From assembly GCA_041659045.1 (NCBI GenBank), contig JBAZZB010000001.1, positions 134,111 to 198,110 on the forward strand: a DNA stretch of 64,000 nucleotides, read 5' to 3'. This DNA comes from Patescibacteria group bacterium. Its GTDB lineage: Bacteria > Patescibacteriota > Patescibacteriia > SG8-24 > DYFX01. Position 1 is the stretch's first letter, and every line of letters begins with the position of its first letter. Positions 46,688-56,652 of the stretch are shown piece by piece. A model generated the notes under the pieces. It was not told where the DNA came from and made no database searches. It saw only the letters and a list, made by a program, of their open reading frames with translations. Made by a program: the position numbers and the translations under genes.

Positions 46688-47962
46688 ATGCGCTTGCCAG
46701 ACACGCTCAAACTCAAAGAAACCGACATCCCTGAAACCCCCGGCGTCTATTACATGAAAGACGCTGCGGGCAAAATTTTGTATGTCGGTAAAGCGGTTTC
46801 CTTGGCGCGCCGCATTCCGCAATATTGGCAGCGTCCGCATGGTGAGCATATTGAGAAGATGGTGCCATCGATTGCGGAAATCGATTGGCAAGTCGTGCCG
46901 ACGGCCATCGAAGCTTTGATTCTCGAAGCGAACGAAATCCGAAAGCTCAAGCCGCCGTACAACGTCATTGGGAAAGATGATTCAAGTTTTTTGCACGTCG
47001 CAATCACGAACGAACCCTACCCGAAGCCGGTTTTGATTCGCGGCTACGAGCTGGAGGCCACGCCGAAAAAGAAATTCAAATACGTTTTCGGGCCCTACAC
47101 GTCATCGACGTCGATTCGCGCGGCGCTTGAACTCACCCGCAAGCTGTTTCATTGGTCTGATTGCCAACCGAATCAGAAGCGCCCGTGCTTCTACTATCAC
47201 ATTAAACTCTGCCCCGGCGTCTGCGTTGGAAAAATTTCGCGCCGTGACTACGCGAAAATCATTCGACGCTTGGTGCTGTTCTTTGATGGCAAAAAAACGC
47301 AGATTTTGAAGGAGACCGAACGGCAAATGAAATCTGCGGCTAAAGCGGAAAACTTTGAAGAAGCGGCCAGGCTTCGCAATCTTTCGTTCGCGCTGACGCA
47401 TATTCAAGATATTTCGGTGCTCAAGCGTGAAGAAGATCCACGCGAGGCTCGCGAACTTGGTATCAATATCTTCGGGCGCATCGAGGCCTACGACATCTCG
47501 AATATCATGGGGCAGCAAGCCGTCGCCTCGGGAGTCGTTTTTGTCGAAGGCTTGCCGCGCAAGAGTCTCTACAAGAAATTCAAAATCAAAACCGTCGAAG
47601 GTGCGAATGATATTGCGATGATGAAGGAGGTGTTGCGCCGCCGTTTCGCGCACGCTTCGCCGGGCGACAAGAACGAAGAGTGGAAGCTCCCGGATCTTCT
47701 TGTTATTGACGGTGGAAGGGGGCAGGTCAACGCCGCGATGGAAATTCTGATGCGGCTCGGCTTGAGGATTCCGACGATCGGCCTGGCGAAAGGCCCTGAT
47801 CGCAAACAAGACGTCGTCGTGTACGGCGAACGGACGCCGGAACTTGTTCGCGTCGTGACGCGGTACAAGAAGATCTTGCAGCACGCGCGCGACGAGGCGC
47901 ATCGGTTTGCCGTGAGTTATCACCGCAAGCGCCGGGCTGAAAAATTTCTCGGCCGGAGCTGA
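46688..47962 (+). CDS. uvrC: Excinuclease ABC subunit C, short form without HhH domain
   Basis: PGVYYM...LYVGKA, KPPYN, RIEAYDISN, IDGGRGQ, RDEAHRFA. Confidence 0.95.
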   Translation: MRLPDTLKLKETDIPETPGVYYMKDAAGKILYVGKAVSLARRIPQYWQRPHGEHIEKMVPSIAEIDWQVVPTAIEALILEANEIRKLKPPYNVIGKDDSSFLHVAITNEPYPKPVLIRGYELEATPKKKFKYVFGPYTSSTSIRAALELTRKLFHWSDCQPNQKRPCFYYHIKLCPGVCVGKISRRDYAKIIRRLVLFFDGKKTQILKETERQMKSAAKAENFEEAARLRNLSFALTHIQDISVLKREEDPREARELGINIFGRIEAYDISNIMGQQAVASGVVFVEGLPRKSLYKKFKIKTVEGANDIAMMKEVLRRRFAHASPGDKNEEWKLPDLLVIDGGRGQVNAAMEILMRLGLRIPTIGLAKGPDRKQDVVVYGERTPELVRVVTRYKKILQHARDEAHRFAVSYHRKRRAEKFLGRS

Positions 47963-48072
47963 CGCGCTTCTGCCGATATAAAGAGTTGTTAACATTTTAA
48001 AAAAAAGAGACTCCGACATGAGTGTGGGAGTCTAAAGGAAAAACGTGTGGGCCTAGCAGGGCCGGAAGCGAC

Positions 48073-49224
48073 TTACTGGCCGCAGGTGGTGTGCGGACCA
48101 GGAACGTCGATCCGAACGATCTCGCCCAGGCCGCTTTGCGTTCCGACGCCGTAGCCACGGTTCGAGACGAAGAGGTCGCCTTCCGGGCCGAAAGCCATGC
48201 CGGTGGGCAGCGTCAGTCCTTGCGCGACGACCTGCAATCCTTCGTCGGTCCACCGCAGCACACGACCGCTGGCCGTCGTCAAGAACGGCGGGTACGGCGT
48301 GTTGCCTGTCGAGGACTCGAGTAAGTACAGCTTCCCGGCGCAGTCGAAGGCAAGATCCATGACGGTCGTGAGTCCTGTCATGAGGTGCGTCACCTGGCCG
48401 GCGGGCGTGACCTTGAACAGGTGCGCCTGACCGTCAGGATACGGCAGCTCGCCGAACGTGCCGACGTAGAAGTTCCCATCCTTGCCGTGAGCGAGCGACG
48501 TATAGGTGAGCTGACCGATGAGCGAGAGGTCTGCCACGCGCGTGACCGTGCCATCGAGCTCCGCCTTGAGCAGCTGCGCGTGGTTTCCTTCCAGCACGTA
48601 GAAGCTGTTGCCGACGACGACCGTATCGGTCGGAACGCCGTCCGGGGCCGTATCGTCGTCTGCTGGCCCCGCGGTCGGGTTGGCGAGGATCCAGGCGCCG
48701 AGGTCGACGACCAGGGTGCGCGCGCCGCCGGCGTCCATCCGGTAGATGCCCTTCGGCTGGTCGGCCGGATTTCCGGTCGAGCAGCCGCCGCCTTGGACGA
48801 CGACGTACGGCACTCCGCCCATGAAGACGATCTCCTCGGGCCCGACCACCTCCGAACCGGTCCATGGCGTGGTCTGCCCCGAAGGAAGGCCGTCGCTGAA
48901 CGTGCTGCGCACGCCGTCGACGCCGATCTTCGACACGCGGCCCGTGGGGCCACCCGTGATCGGCCCGAGAGGCTCGGGAGCCTGCTCGCAGAGGCCGACC
49001 GTGGAGTTGGAGCCGCCGCGTCCCGCCTCGGCGACGAAGAGTATGTCTCCGTCGAATGCGAGGCCGCGTGGGTTGTCCAGGTTGGTCGTGAAGACCGTGA
49101 CGGGCGCCGTTAGCGCAGGATCCGTCGTCGATGTGTCGGTGTCGTCCGAGCCAAGCGCGACGCAAGCGCCGAGCATTAGCATGCCGACAAGGGTGAGTCG
49201 CCGTTTCATTCCTAATATTTCCAT
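48073..49224 (-). CDS. ScyD/ScyE-family beta-propeller secreted protein
   Basis: LDNPRGLAF...VAEAG.GG, VPTD, GMAFGPEGDLFVSN; AGGAGG SD; GC-rich. Confidence 0.8.
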   Translation of the reverse strand: MEILGMKRRLTLVGMLMLGACVALGSDDTDTSTTDPALTAPVTVFTTNLDNPRGLAFDGDILFVAEAGRGGSNSTVGLCEQAPEPLGPITGGPTGRVSKIGVDGVRSTFSDGLPSGQTTPWTGSEVVGPEEIVFMGGVPYVVVQGGGCSTGNPADQPKGIYRMDAGGARTLVVDLGAWILANPTAGPADDDTAPDGVPTDTVVVGNSFYVLEGNHAQLLKAELDGTVTRVADLSLIGQLTYTSLAHGKDGNFYVGTFGELPYPDGQAHLFKVTPAGQVTHLMTGLTTVMDLAFDCAGKLYLLESSTGNTPYPPFLTTASGRVLRWTDEGLQVVAQGLTLPTGMAFGPEGDLFVSNRGYGVGTQSGLGEIVRIDVPGPHTTCGQ

Positions 49225-49370
49225 CCGAATCCTCCTGAGCTTTATGCGGTACACACGCGTTCAACGCGAACGCGTCAGCACCGCCAGGAGGTTTTACGCT
49301 CTCCTGCAAAAAGTGTCAAGCCCCGCAGGACACTCAGATTTTTCCGGCTGTTTTTTATCCCCAATTTCCG

Positions 49371-49438
49371 GTGGGGAACAGGGTTGTCTTGTGGTAAAAA
49401 GTGGGGTATAATACCTGCATCGTGGTGGGAAGTGGGGA
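49371..49438 (+). promoter_or_regulatory. mraZ promoter with MraZ-binding GTGG repeats
   Basis: GTGG at 49371, 49391, 49401, 49422, 49432; TTGTCT-17-TATAAT. Confidence 0.85.
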
Positions 49439-49455
49439 AAACACAAAAAAACGTT

Positions 49456-49887
49456 ATGTTTATTGGCGAGTATCGACATTCGATCGACGACAAAGGACGC
49501 CTGGCGATTCCGGTGAAATTTCGCGGGGATCTTGAGTCTGGCGCGATCGTCACGCGCGGCCTCGACGGCTGTCTGTATGTCTATACGCCTGCCGAGTGGC
49601 AGAAGTTGGCCGACAAACTCGCCGCCATGCCGATGAGTCAATCCAATTCTCGCGCCTTCGCCCGCTTGATGCTGGCCGGTGCCATGGATTGCGCCATCGA
49701 CAAGCAGGGGAGGATCGTCCTGCCCGATTACCTTCGTTCGTACGCCGGTCTCAAAAAGAACACGGTCGTGGCCGGTTTGTATAACCACTTGGAGCTCTGG
49801 GACGAAAAAGCTTGGAACACCTACAAGCAGAAAACCGAGAAGGACTCCGGCGAGATTGCGGAGCAGCTCGGTTCACTCGGCGTGTAG
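49456..49887 (+). CDS. mraZ: Division/cell wall cluster repressor MraZ
   Basis: MFIGEY.HSIDDKGRL, DKQGRI, LELWD. Confidence 0.97.
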   Translation: MFIGEYRHSIDDKGRLAIPVKFRGDLESGAIVTRGLDGCLYVYTPAEWQKLADKLAAMPMSQSNSRAFARLMLAGAMDCAIDKQGRIVLPDYLRSYAGLKKNTVVAGLYNHLELWDEKAWNTYKQKTEKDSGEIAEQLGSLGV

Positions 49888-49888
49888 T

Positions 49889-50773
49889 ATGCCAGGCCAC
49901 ATCCCCGTTCTCCTTGAAGAAGTTCTTTCGAACCTGAATCTCAAACCGAACGACAGCGTCATCGACGCGACGCTTGGCGGAGGCGGACACGCCTCGGCGC
50001 TCCTGGAGGCGACCTCACCGAATGGTCGGCTCCTGGGGATCGAATGGGATGCGCGCACGTTGGAGGAGACTCGCAAAAAGCTTGAAGGTTACGGCTCCCG
50101 CGCCATGCTTGTCCGCGGAAGCTATCGTGACATCGAGAAGTTTGCGGGGGCGTGCGCCTTCCCAGAAGTCTCCGGTATCTTGTTTGACCTCGGGTACTCT
50201 TCGTTCCAAATTGACGATCCGGATCGTGGCTTCTCGTTCCGTTTCGACGGACCGCTCGACATGCGGTACGACGTCTCGGGTGACCTGACCGCGGCGGATA
50301 TCGTCAATACATGGCCGAAAGAGGAACTCGTGCGCATCTTTCGCGACTACGGAGAAGAACGCGCGTCTGGCCGCATGGTCGCCGCGATTCTCCAAGCTCG
50401 CGAACACGTTTCGATCACCACAACCGCGCAGTTTGCCGCCATTATCGCTTCTGCCGTGCCGGAGCGCACACGCTGGGGCAAGCCGAAGATCCACCCCGCG
50501 ACGCAAGCATTTCAAGCGCTGCGCATCGCGACCAATGACGAGCTTGGAAACGTCGAAGCCGTGCTGCCACAGGCCGTCCGTCTGCTCAAACCAGGAGGCC
50601 GACTGGCCGTCATCAGCTTCCACTCGCTCGAAGATCGCATCGTCAAAAACTTCTTTGAAGAATCGGAAGAACTTGAGGTTTTGACTCGCAAGCCGATCAT
50701 GGCGGGAAAGAACGAACTCGAGATCAATCCACGCGCCCGCTCCGCAAAGCTGCGGGTTGCGATCAAACGCTAA
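49889..50773 (+). CDS. rsmH: 16S rRNA m4C1402 methyltransferase
   Basis: HIPVLLEE, DATLGGGGH, PLDMR, FQALRI, SFHSLEDR, ARSAKLR. Confidence 0.97.
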   Translation: MPGHIPVLLEEVLSNLNLKPNDSVIDATLGGGGHASALLEATSPNGRLLGIEWDARTLEETRKKLEGYGSRAMLVRGSYRDIEKFAGACAFPEVSGILFDLGYSSFQIDDPDRGFSFRFDGPLDMRYDVSGDLTAADIVNTWPKEELVRIFRDYGEERASGRMVAAILQAREHVSITTTAQFAAIIASAVPERTRWGKPKIHPATQAFQALRIATNDELGNVEAVLPQAVRLLKPGGRLAVISFHSLEDRIVKNFFEESEELEVLTRKPIMAGKNELEINPRARSAKLRVAIKR

Positions 50774-50777
50774 AACC

Positions 50778-51119
50778 ATGGCACGCAAATTCCATCATCG
50801 CCACGTTCCGCAACTTGCGCGTAAAACGCGGAGCGGTTCGCGTACGAAGCCGATGGCTCTGGTGCTTGGTCTCCTCGTTGTGTTGTTCGGTGCGGGATAC
50901 CTCGTACAAATCAATATTGCATCGTCCAAGGGGTACCAAATCCGCTCGCTTGAAAATCAGATTTCGGAGCTGAAAGAGCAGAGCGAGCGCCTTGAACTCA
51001 AGGTTGCGCAAGAGCAGTCCGTTCAGGCAGTTGAAAACAAGGTACAGAGCATGGGCATGGTGCCGACGCCGAACGTCGAATACATCGCCGTTACGGCGCC
51101 AACCGTGGCACAACGATAA
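50778..51119 (+). CDS. ftsL: FtsL-like cell division protein
   Basis: Follows mraZ-rsmH; TM plus coiled coil, GMV tail. Confidence 0.75.
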   Translation: MARKFHHRHVPQLARKTRSGSRTKPMALVLGLLVVLFGAGYLVQINIASSKGYQIRSLENQISELKEQSERLELKVAQEQSVQAVENKVQSMGMVPTPNVEYIAVTAPTVAQR

Positions 51120-51144
51120 TTTGAAAAAAGAAAAGACCCGGACA

Positions 51145-51831
51145 TCAGGATGTCCGGGTTTTGCGTTGTCGCAGGACGCTGTACGTCTGCGTCATGAACG
51201 AAACGCCACCAAGCGCAGTGGCGGCGCTGAAGACGACGAGCGCTGGCATCTCGAGCGCCATACCAGCTGCCAAGAAGACAAGGAGCGTGATCGACAGGAT
51301 TTCTCCGTAGACTTTGAACTTGCCCCAGGCATTCGCTCCTGGCTTGAGTCCCCAGCGCCACTCAACGAGGAGGCGCCCGAACGTCAGCATGAAGGCGAAG
51401 GCAATCGCTAGCCAGATGATGGCGTGGGGGAAGACCCCCCAACCGAGCGGCAGGAGCGCCGCGAAGTAGCGGATCTTGTCGACGAAGGGGTCGATCTTCT
51501 TGCCGAATTCCGTTGGGCCGAGACGCAGTGATTCCGTTCGATGCGAGCGGAGATCAAGACGACCGGCAGTGTGCAAGCGCTGCTGATAGCGCGCGAGGGC
51601 GCCATCAAGCCAATCGGTCAGCGAGCTGATCGCGAAGAGAATGGCGCCCCAAGCGATGTAGCCGCGCAGGAAGGCGACGATCATTGGAAGAGCCAACAGG
51701 CCGCCGATGATCGTCACGACGTTCGGGGGTACACGGGCAAAGGCACCCGCTTGTCGAAGGACGCCGTCGGAGAAGCGACCAGCACCTTCGAACTCGCTTC
51801 TCTCGTACCATGGACCGTTTTTATCGCTCAT
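51145..51831 (-). CDS. CDP-alcohol phosphatidyltransferase family protein
   Basis: PNVVT, TDWLDGALAR...TEFGKKIDPFVDK, GKFK; GGAGGA SD. Confidence 0.85.
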   Translation of the reverse strand: MSDKNGPWYERSEFEGAGRFSDGVLRQAGAFARVPPNVVTIIGGLLALPMIVAFLRGYIAWGAILFAISSLTDWLDGALARYQQRLHTAGRLDLRSHRTESLRLGPTEFGKKIDPFVDKIRYFAALLPLGWGVFPHAIIWLAIAFAFMLTFGRLLVEWRWGLKPGANAWGKFKVYGEILSITLLVFLAAGMALEMPALVVFSAATALGGVSFMTQTYSVLRQRKTRTS

Positions 51832-51929
51832 GCGTCATCCTCCAGCCGCGAAGCGGCTTTTCTGTATATACCATCCTGACCCTTTTGACAAGATGGCTGT
51901 TTCGTGTTCGGATAGGGGTAGGAGGCGAC

Positions 51930-52577
51930 ATGATCGAGAACCGTGATACGTTCTTTGCCCGTTTGCAGACATTGCCGTGGAGCGCGGTCTTGTCGGAGGA
52001 CGAGATCGATCGCATCGAGCTGACCTACGATCTCGCGAAGAACGCGCATCGTGGCCAGACTCGCAAGGACGGCGAACGGTACTTCGAGCACCCACGCCGT
52101 GCCACGTTGACCGTTCTGGACGACTTGGTGATCGTCGAAGCGCGGGTCGTGATGGACGCGCTCCTGCATGACACCTACGAAGACTGCGCCAGGTATCTGA
52201 AGCCGTCGAAGATCCGCATTGTCAGCGGGCCCGATGTCGCGAGGGATATCCGACTGCTCTCGAAGGTTCCCAAGGAGGGCAGCTTTGATCGACTCATGCT
52301 GCATGCGGAGTGGCAGCCGCTCGTCGTGAAGGGTTGCGATCGGCTCGACAACTTGCGCGGCCTCGCTCACATGGACGACGCGTTCAAGTTGAAGCAGCTT
52401 CGCGAGACTTCCGAGACGTATCTGCCGCTCTTCCGGCGTTTGACCGAGTACGACGCGCCGATGCGCTATCGCCCCGCCTGCGAGAAGCTCTACAACCTCC
52501 TCGTCCAGGCGTACAATGCGACGGCGATCACGATTGGTGTTGCGGCACAGCCCGACTTTCAAGGAGTCGTTCCATGA
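51930..52577 (+). CDS. Small alarmone hydrolase-like HD protein (Mesh1/SpoT HD domain)
   Basis: AHRGQTRKDGERYFEHP, LLHDTYED, VKGCDRLDNLR; AGGAGG SD. Confidence 0.88.
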   Translation: MIENRDTFFARLQTLPWSAVLSEDEIDRIELTYDLAKNAHRGQTRKDGERYFEHPRRATLTVLDDLVIVEARVVMDALLHDTYEDCARYLKPSKIRIVSGPDVARDIRLLSKVPKEGSFDRLMLHAEWQPLVVKGCDRLDNLRGLAHMDDAFKLKQLRETSETYLPLFRRLTEYDAPMRYRPACEKLYNLLVQAYNATAITIGVAAQPDFQGVVP

Positions 52578-52861
52578 AACTCGATCGCATTCGAGACCTC
52601 CAGAGTCTCTATCCAGATGGACGCCGCGTCAGGATCGCTCCGAAGTCGGATGAGATTCGCGCGAAGATTCCTGCCGGTGTGACTGAAGGTATTGTTCGCA
52701 GCGTCGTTCCCATGCCGTCGAACGCGGAAGCGCCCGACCAAGAAGCCCCACCCCTCGAACGCTTCGGCGTGCAGGTGGAGTACGAGCTTCCGTCCGGACA
52801 GATCGACCGCATCATTCTCGACATTGCTGATGTCGAGGTGCTCCCTCACGACTCCTCGTGA
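52574..52861 (+). CDS. Hypothetical protein (SH3/KOW-like barrel possible)
   Basis: ATGA coupling to the HD gene; AAGGAG SD. Confidence 0.6.
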   Translation: MKLDRIRDLQSLYPDGRRVRIAPKSDEIRAKIPAGVTEGIVRSVVPMPSNAEAPDQEAPPLERFGVQVEYELPSGQIDRIILDIADVEVLPHDSS

Positions 52862-52887
52862 GGTTTTTTGTAAGAAAAAAGCCCTCG

Positions 52888-53616
52888 CTAGAAACGATGG
52901 CTCTGGAAGAAGGTTTGGCGACGGCGCAGAAGGACTTTCATGTCGATCGCGCAGCGCGGGCAGTAGTTGAACGGAAGGTGCAACCCATCGTCGTCGACGA
53001 AGCACGCGTGCGGAGCGACCTCATTCGGCGACGGGAGCCGCACGTACTCGGTGACGAGCGCGGCGTGTGCCATCCAGTCGCAGCAGAGCGGCGGCTGATC
53101 GATGGGGCCGGCCCACGGCGTGTGCGTGATGGTGCTGTCGATCTTGTACCGATCGAACGGGCAGCAGCTGATCGCGAGGCGCATGAGGCCGCGCATCTGC
53201 TGCTCGAGTCCGAGGTTCATGACGAGTAGCGTCCTCTCCGACATGCCGGGGCGGCGCAGCATGATGAAGCGTCCGTCGTCGCTGCCAGTGAAGATCTTGC
53301 CGATCGACACTTCGAACGACTCGCACCAGCAGGGGTCGGCGGCCGGCTGCTTGAGCAGTCCGATGACCTCCTCGGAGAGAAAGTACGGATCCGGCTCGTT
53401 CTCGACCGTGACGGAGATGTCCGGGTAACCGTCATCCTCCTCGTCGGTCGACGTGTCCGGGACGCTCGGCTTCTGCACCGCGGTTCGCGCGCTGCGCTGC
53501 GAAGTCGCGCGGCGATGCATGGCATAGCCGCTCGGTGAAGGGGTCGGGACCGGCACAAGCCGCGTGGGCTTCTCGATCTCTCTCCGCTTCGCTTCGTTCG
53601 ACGTGCGTTCGGCCAT
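52888..53616 (-). CDS. Cys-rich hypothetical protein with two tandem putative metal-binding modules
   Basis: CWC...ISCCPF and CC...FNYCPRC; CAGGAG SD; TTGACA-17-TATCGT. Confidence 0.65.
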   Translation of the reverse strand: MAERTSNEAKRREIEKPTRLVPVPTPSPSGYAMHRRATSQRSARTAVQKPSVPDTSTDEEDDGYPDISVTVENEPDPYFLSEEVIGLLKQPAADPCWCESFEVSIGKIFTGSDDGRFIMLRRPGMSERTLLVMNLGLEQQMRGLMRLAISCCPFDRYKIDSTITHTPWAGPIDQPPLCCDWMAHAALVTEYVRLPSPNEVAPHACFVDDDGLHLPFNYCPRCAIDMKVLLRRRQTFFQSHRF

Positions 53617-53707
53617 GAAAGGCTCCTGTTGGAATGGGCGTCGGCTCCTGACCTTGCTACGGCCGACCGCGCACGATACCCTAAAGACACCTGATTGTCA
53701 ACGCTTC

Positions 53708-54784
53708 ATGATCCTCCGCGCTTTCTTTTACGGACTCCTCTTTGCGGTCGCTACCACGCCGATCGTCCGTTTTTTTGCGTTAAAACGTGGCGTGGTCGAT
53801 CGACCCGACGGGGGACGCAAAACCCACGAAAAGCCGACCCCGCTTCTTGGGGGGCTTGCCGTACTTGCCGCGTTTGCCGCGACGGTGTTTTGCCTTCGTT
53901 CCAACCTACTTGGCGGGTTCCTTCTTGAAAAACATCTCCTGGGATTGTTGGCTGGTTCAGCTCTTCTCGTCCTCGGTGGCATCTTGGATGACCGTTACCG
54001 ACTGCGTCCCGTGTTCCAGATGCTCTTTCCTACGTTCGCTTCACTCGTTGTTATCGCCTCTGGTATCGGCGCCGACTTCGTCACGAATCCGTTCGGCGGA
54101 CTCATTCGTTTGGATCTTTGGAATGTCACCTTGTTCCAGTCCGGCGGCGTGCCGTATCAGCTCACCTTTCCCGCCGATCTCTTCACCTTCGCCTGGCTCA
54201 TGGGCATGACCTACACGACCAAGTTACTCGACGGTCTCGATGGTCTCGTTTCAGGGCTCGGTGTCATCGGTTTCGCAGTGATCGCACTTTTGAGCATTAC
54301 GCCAGAAGTCGCGCAGCCTGAGCTCGCGATTCTCGCCATGGCGGCTGCTGGCGCACTTGGCGGTTTTCTCTTCTTCAACGCGCGCCCTGCTTCGATCTTT
54401 TTGGGCGAAGGGGGATCGACACTCGTCGGTTTCCTGCTCGGCGCGTTTGCGATTCTCTCAGGTGCCAAAATCGGCGTGACGCTCCTTGTGCTGGCCGTGC
54501 CGATTATGGATGTCGCTTGGACGATCGCACGCCGACTGGTTGCTCGTACATCGATCGCGCAAGGAGACGCCGACCATCTCCATTTTCGCCTTGTGCGCGG
54601 AGGCCTGAGCCCAAGCCAAACCGTCGCGCTCTTTTGGCTCTTCGCCGCGGCCTTTGGTGGCGCAGGGCTCTTCATCCGCGGACGCGAAAAATTGCTCGCG
54701 CTCGCGATCCTTGCGATACTGTTTCTGTTGACCACGTTTATTCTTCGACGCCGCACGCATGGAGGCTCAACCGAACAACGTTAG
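53708..54784 (+). CDS. MraY/WecA/TagO family glycosyltransferase (GT4)
   Basis: RKTH..PTPLLGG, GILDD, LDGLDGL, IFLGEGG, DHLHFRL. Confidence 0.92.
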   Translation: MILRAFFYGLLFAVATTPIVRFFALKRGVVDRPDGGRKTHEKPTPLLGGLAVLAAFAATVFCLRSNLLGGFLLEKHLLGLLAGSALLVLGGILDDRYRLRPVFQMLFPTFASLVVIASGIGADFVTNPFGGLIRLDLWNVTLFQSGGVPYQLTFPADLFTFAWLMGMTYTTKLLDGLDGLVSGLGVIGFAVIALLSITPEVAQPELAILAMAAAGALGGFLFFNARPASIFLGEGGSTLVGFLLGAFAILSGAKIGVTLLVLAVPIMDVAWTIARRLVARTSIAQGDADHLHFRLVRGGLSPSQTVALFWLFAAAFGGAGLFIRGREKLLALAILAILFLLTTFILRRRTHGGSTEQR

Positions 54785-55247
54785 AAAAATTCCATTTGCC
54801 GCGATTCTTGTTGGTCTCGTTGTTGTCGTGGCACTCGGTTTGCGCGCGCGCGACATGTGGGTCGCGAGACGTCTTGTCCTGGCGGAGATCACGCTCCGCG
54901 ACAAAACGTTCACGGTCGAGATCGCCGATACGGAGAAGAAAAAAGAGAGGGGACTCGGCGGACGAGACGTGCTGGCCGTCGATCATGGTATGTATTTTCC
55001 GTTTCCCTCGGCGAATTACTGGGTTTTTTGGATGAAAGATATGCGCTTTCCGATCGATATCCTATGGATTCGCGATGGCGTTATTGTGGATATCGATGCT
55101 TCCGTGCCCGTGCCGACGAGTGAAGATCTTGAAACCTACAGTCCGATCGAGCCAGCTGATGCCATACTCGAGTTGAACGCCGGTCTTGCGGCCGAGATTG
55201 GTGTAAAGGCAGGTGATCGTGTGGATGTAGGCTCCGCTCAAAAATAA
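54759..55247 (+). CDS. DUF192 family protein
   Basis: VEIADT, GL.GR, FWMKDMRFPIDILWI, LELNAG. Confidence 0.92.
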   Translation: MEAQPNNVRKIPFAAILVGLVVVVALGLRARDMWVARRLVLAEITLRDKTFTVEIADTEKKKERGLGGRDVLAVDHGMYFPFPSANYWVFWMKDMRFPIDILWIRDGVIVDIDASVPVPTSEDLETYSPIEPADAILELNAGLAAEIGVKAGDRVDVGSAQK

Positions 55248-55283
55248 AAGCGCACAGCGGAAAGCTGTGCGGCGAGATCCTGT

Positions 55284-55664
55284 TCAGCGCCTGACTTCAG
55301 ACGGCCGGCCGGCCTTGTCGTTTCCGTAGACCTTGACGACGAAGGGCCCTTCCGTGTCCCGGCCGTAGATGCGCATGACGCCGCTCCCGATGCCGAGTTG
55401 AACGCGCAACATCTCAAGGGATCCGTTGAGCGCTGCGTTGCTCTCCGATTCACCGCTCTTGAACAAATGCGTCGACACCCTGCCGACGTGATCGGTGTTC
55501 ACCGTGATGACGGCATACGTGCCGTCATCGAACTTCACCGGCTGAAGACGCTCATTCTCGCGCATCTCGAACGGTTCGCCGAGCTCTGTGATCGTCCGTT
55601 CTCCGTGACGAAGACCAGTACGAGGCACCTCGTGGCCATTATCGCCGTTTTTTCTGCTTGTCAT
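55284..55664 (-). CDS. Hypothetical protein
   Basis: GGAGGA SD. Confidence 0.6.
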   Translation of the reverse strand: MTSRKNGDNGHEVPRTGLRHGERTITELGEPFEMRENERLQPVKFDDGTYAVITVNTDHVGRVSTHLFKSGESESNAALNGSLEMLRVQLGIGSGVMRIYGRDTEGPFVVKVYGNDKAGRPSEVRR

Positions 55665-55796
55665 CGCTATCCTCCGAAGGTGTGTTGCGTATCTTGTAGC
55701 AACAAAAAGCGAAAGCGTCAAGGCGAACCGGTCGAGTTGACTTCAAGGCGCATGGAAAATAGGATAAGGGCAACCTGAACGTTCGGGAGGTGTTCC

Positions 55797-56186
55797 TTGA
55801 ATAATCCCACGACGGATGAGTTGCGCGCTCTGCTTGAGAGGGTATGGTGTCTCGAAACGCGTTCGAATGGGTGTACGGGACCTTGGACACCGGAACGTCC
55901 TTCGATGGGGCAATGCGTGCCGACCTCGTTGATCGTCCAAGACCTATTCGGCGGAATCATTCTGCGCACGAATGCAGATGGGAAGCATCCCCATTACTTC
56001 AATCGGCTGGCTGGCGGAACGGAAGTCGATCTGACCCGCGATCAGTTCCTGCCGAACACGGTCTTCGAGCCCCCGTGGGAATTTCGACGCCAGAACATGC
56101 TGCATTCTTCGGGCGCGATCGAAGCGGGGATCATTGGACAGTACACCCACTTGTGCCGGCTTCTCGGTTTGCCGGCGAGGACGTGA
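55797..56186 (+). CDS. YunG-like protein
   Basis: GQCVPTSLIVQDLFGG.I, HYFNRL, VDLTRDQF; GGGAGG SD, TTG start. Confidence 0.75.
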   Translation: MNNPTTDELRALLERVWCLETRSNGCTGPWTPERPSMGQCVPTSLIVQDLFGGIILRTNADGKHPHYFNRLAGGTEVDLTRDQFLPNTVFEPPWEFRRQNMLHSSGAIEAGIIGQYTHLCRLLGLPART

Positions 56187-56189
56187 ATC

Positions 56190-56543
56190 ATGCGCTTTCT
56201 TGAACTGCTCTTCGTTGCCGCGCTCATCTTGTACACGACGGCTATCTGGGCGGATCGCATCAAAGGCGAGCTGCACGCGTGGATGGTCAAGGTGTTCATC
56301 TTCGGCTTCCTCTGCGACGTGTTTGGTACGATCCTGGTGTGCGTGACCGTGACTGGTGCCTGGCATCCAACGCTGCACATGCTGACCGGCACCGCTTCGC
56401 TCGTCATCATGGCACTACATCTCGCTTGGGCGATCATGGCGATGAGTCGCGGCGAGCGCTCTGAGGCCTGCTTCCGACGCTGGTCGATACCGGCCTGGCT
56501 GCTCTGGCTCGTCTCGTTCCTGTCCGGTGCCTTCCTACCTTAA
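56190..56543 (+). CDS. HsmA-like small membrane protein
   Basis: ALILYT.AIW, GFLCD.FGT, H..TG...L..M..H..WA, WL.SF.SG. Confidence 0.75.
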   Translation: MRFLELLFVAALILYTTAIWADRIKGELHAWMVKVFIFGFLCDVFGTILVCVTVTGAWHPTLHMLTGTASLVIMALHLAWAIMAMSRGERSEACFRRWSIPAWLLWLVSFLSGAFLP

Positions 56544-56652
56544 CCTCCATGTTTTCGGAGGTTTTTTCTTTCCTCTCATCTAACCCACCCCGGCCTTGAC
56601 GCCTCGGGGAGACCCTGATAGAGTGGCCTCACTTTCAGATAAGCCAACCTCT

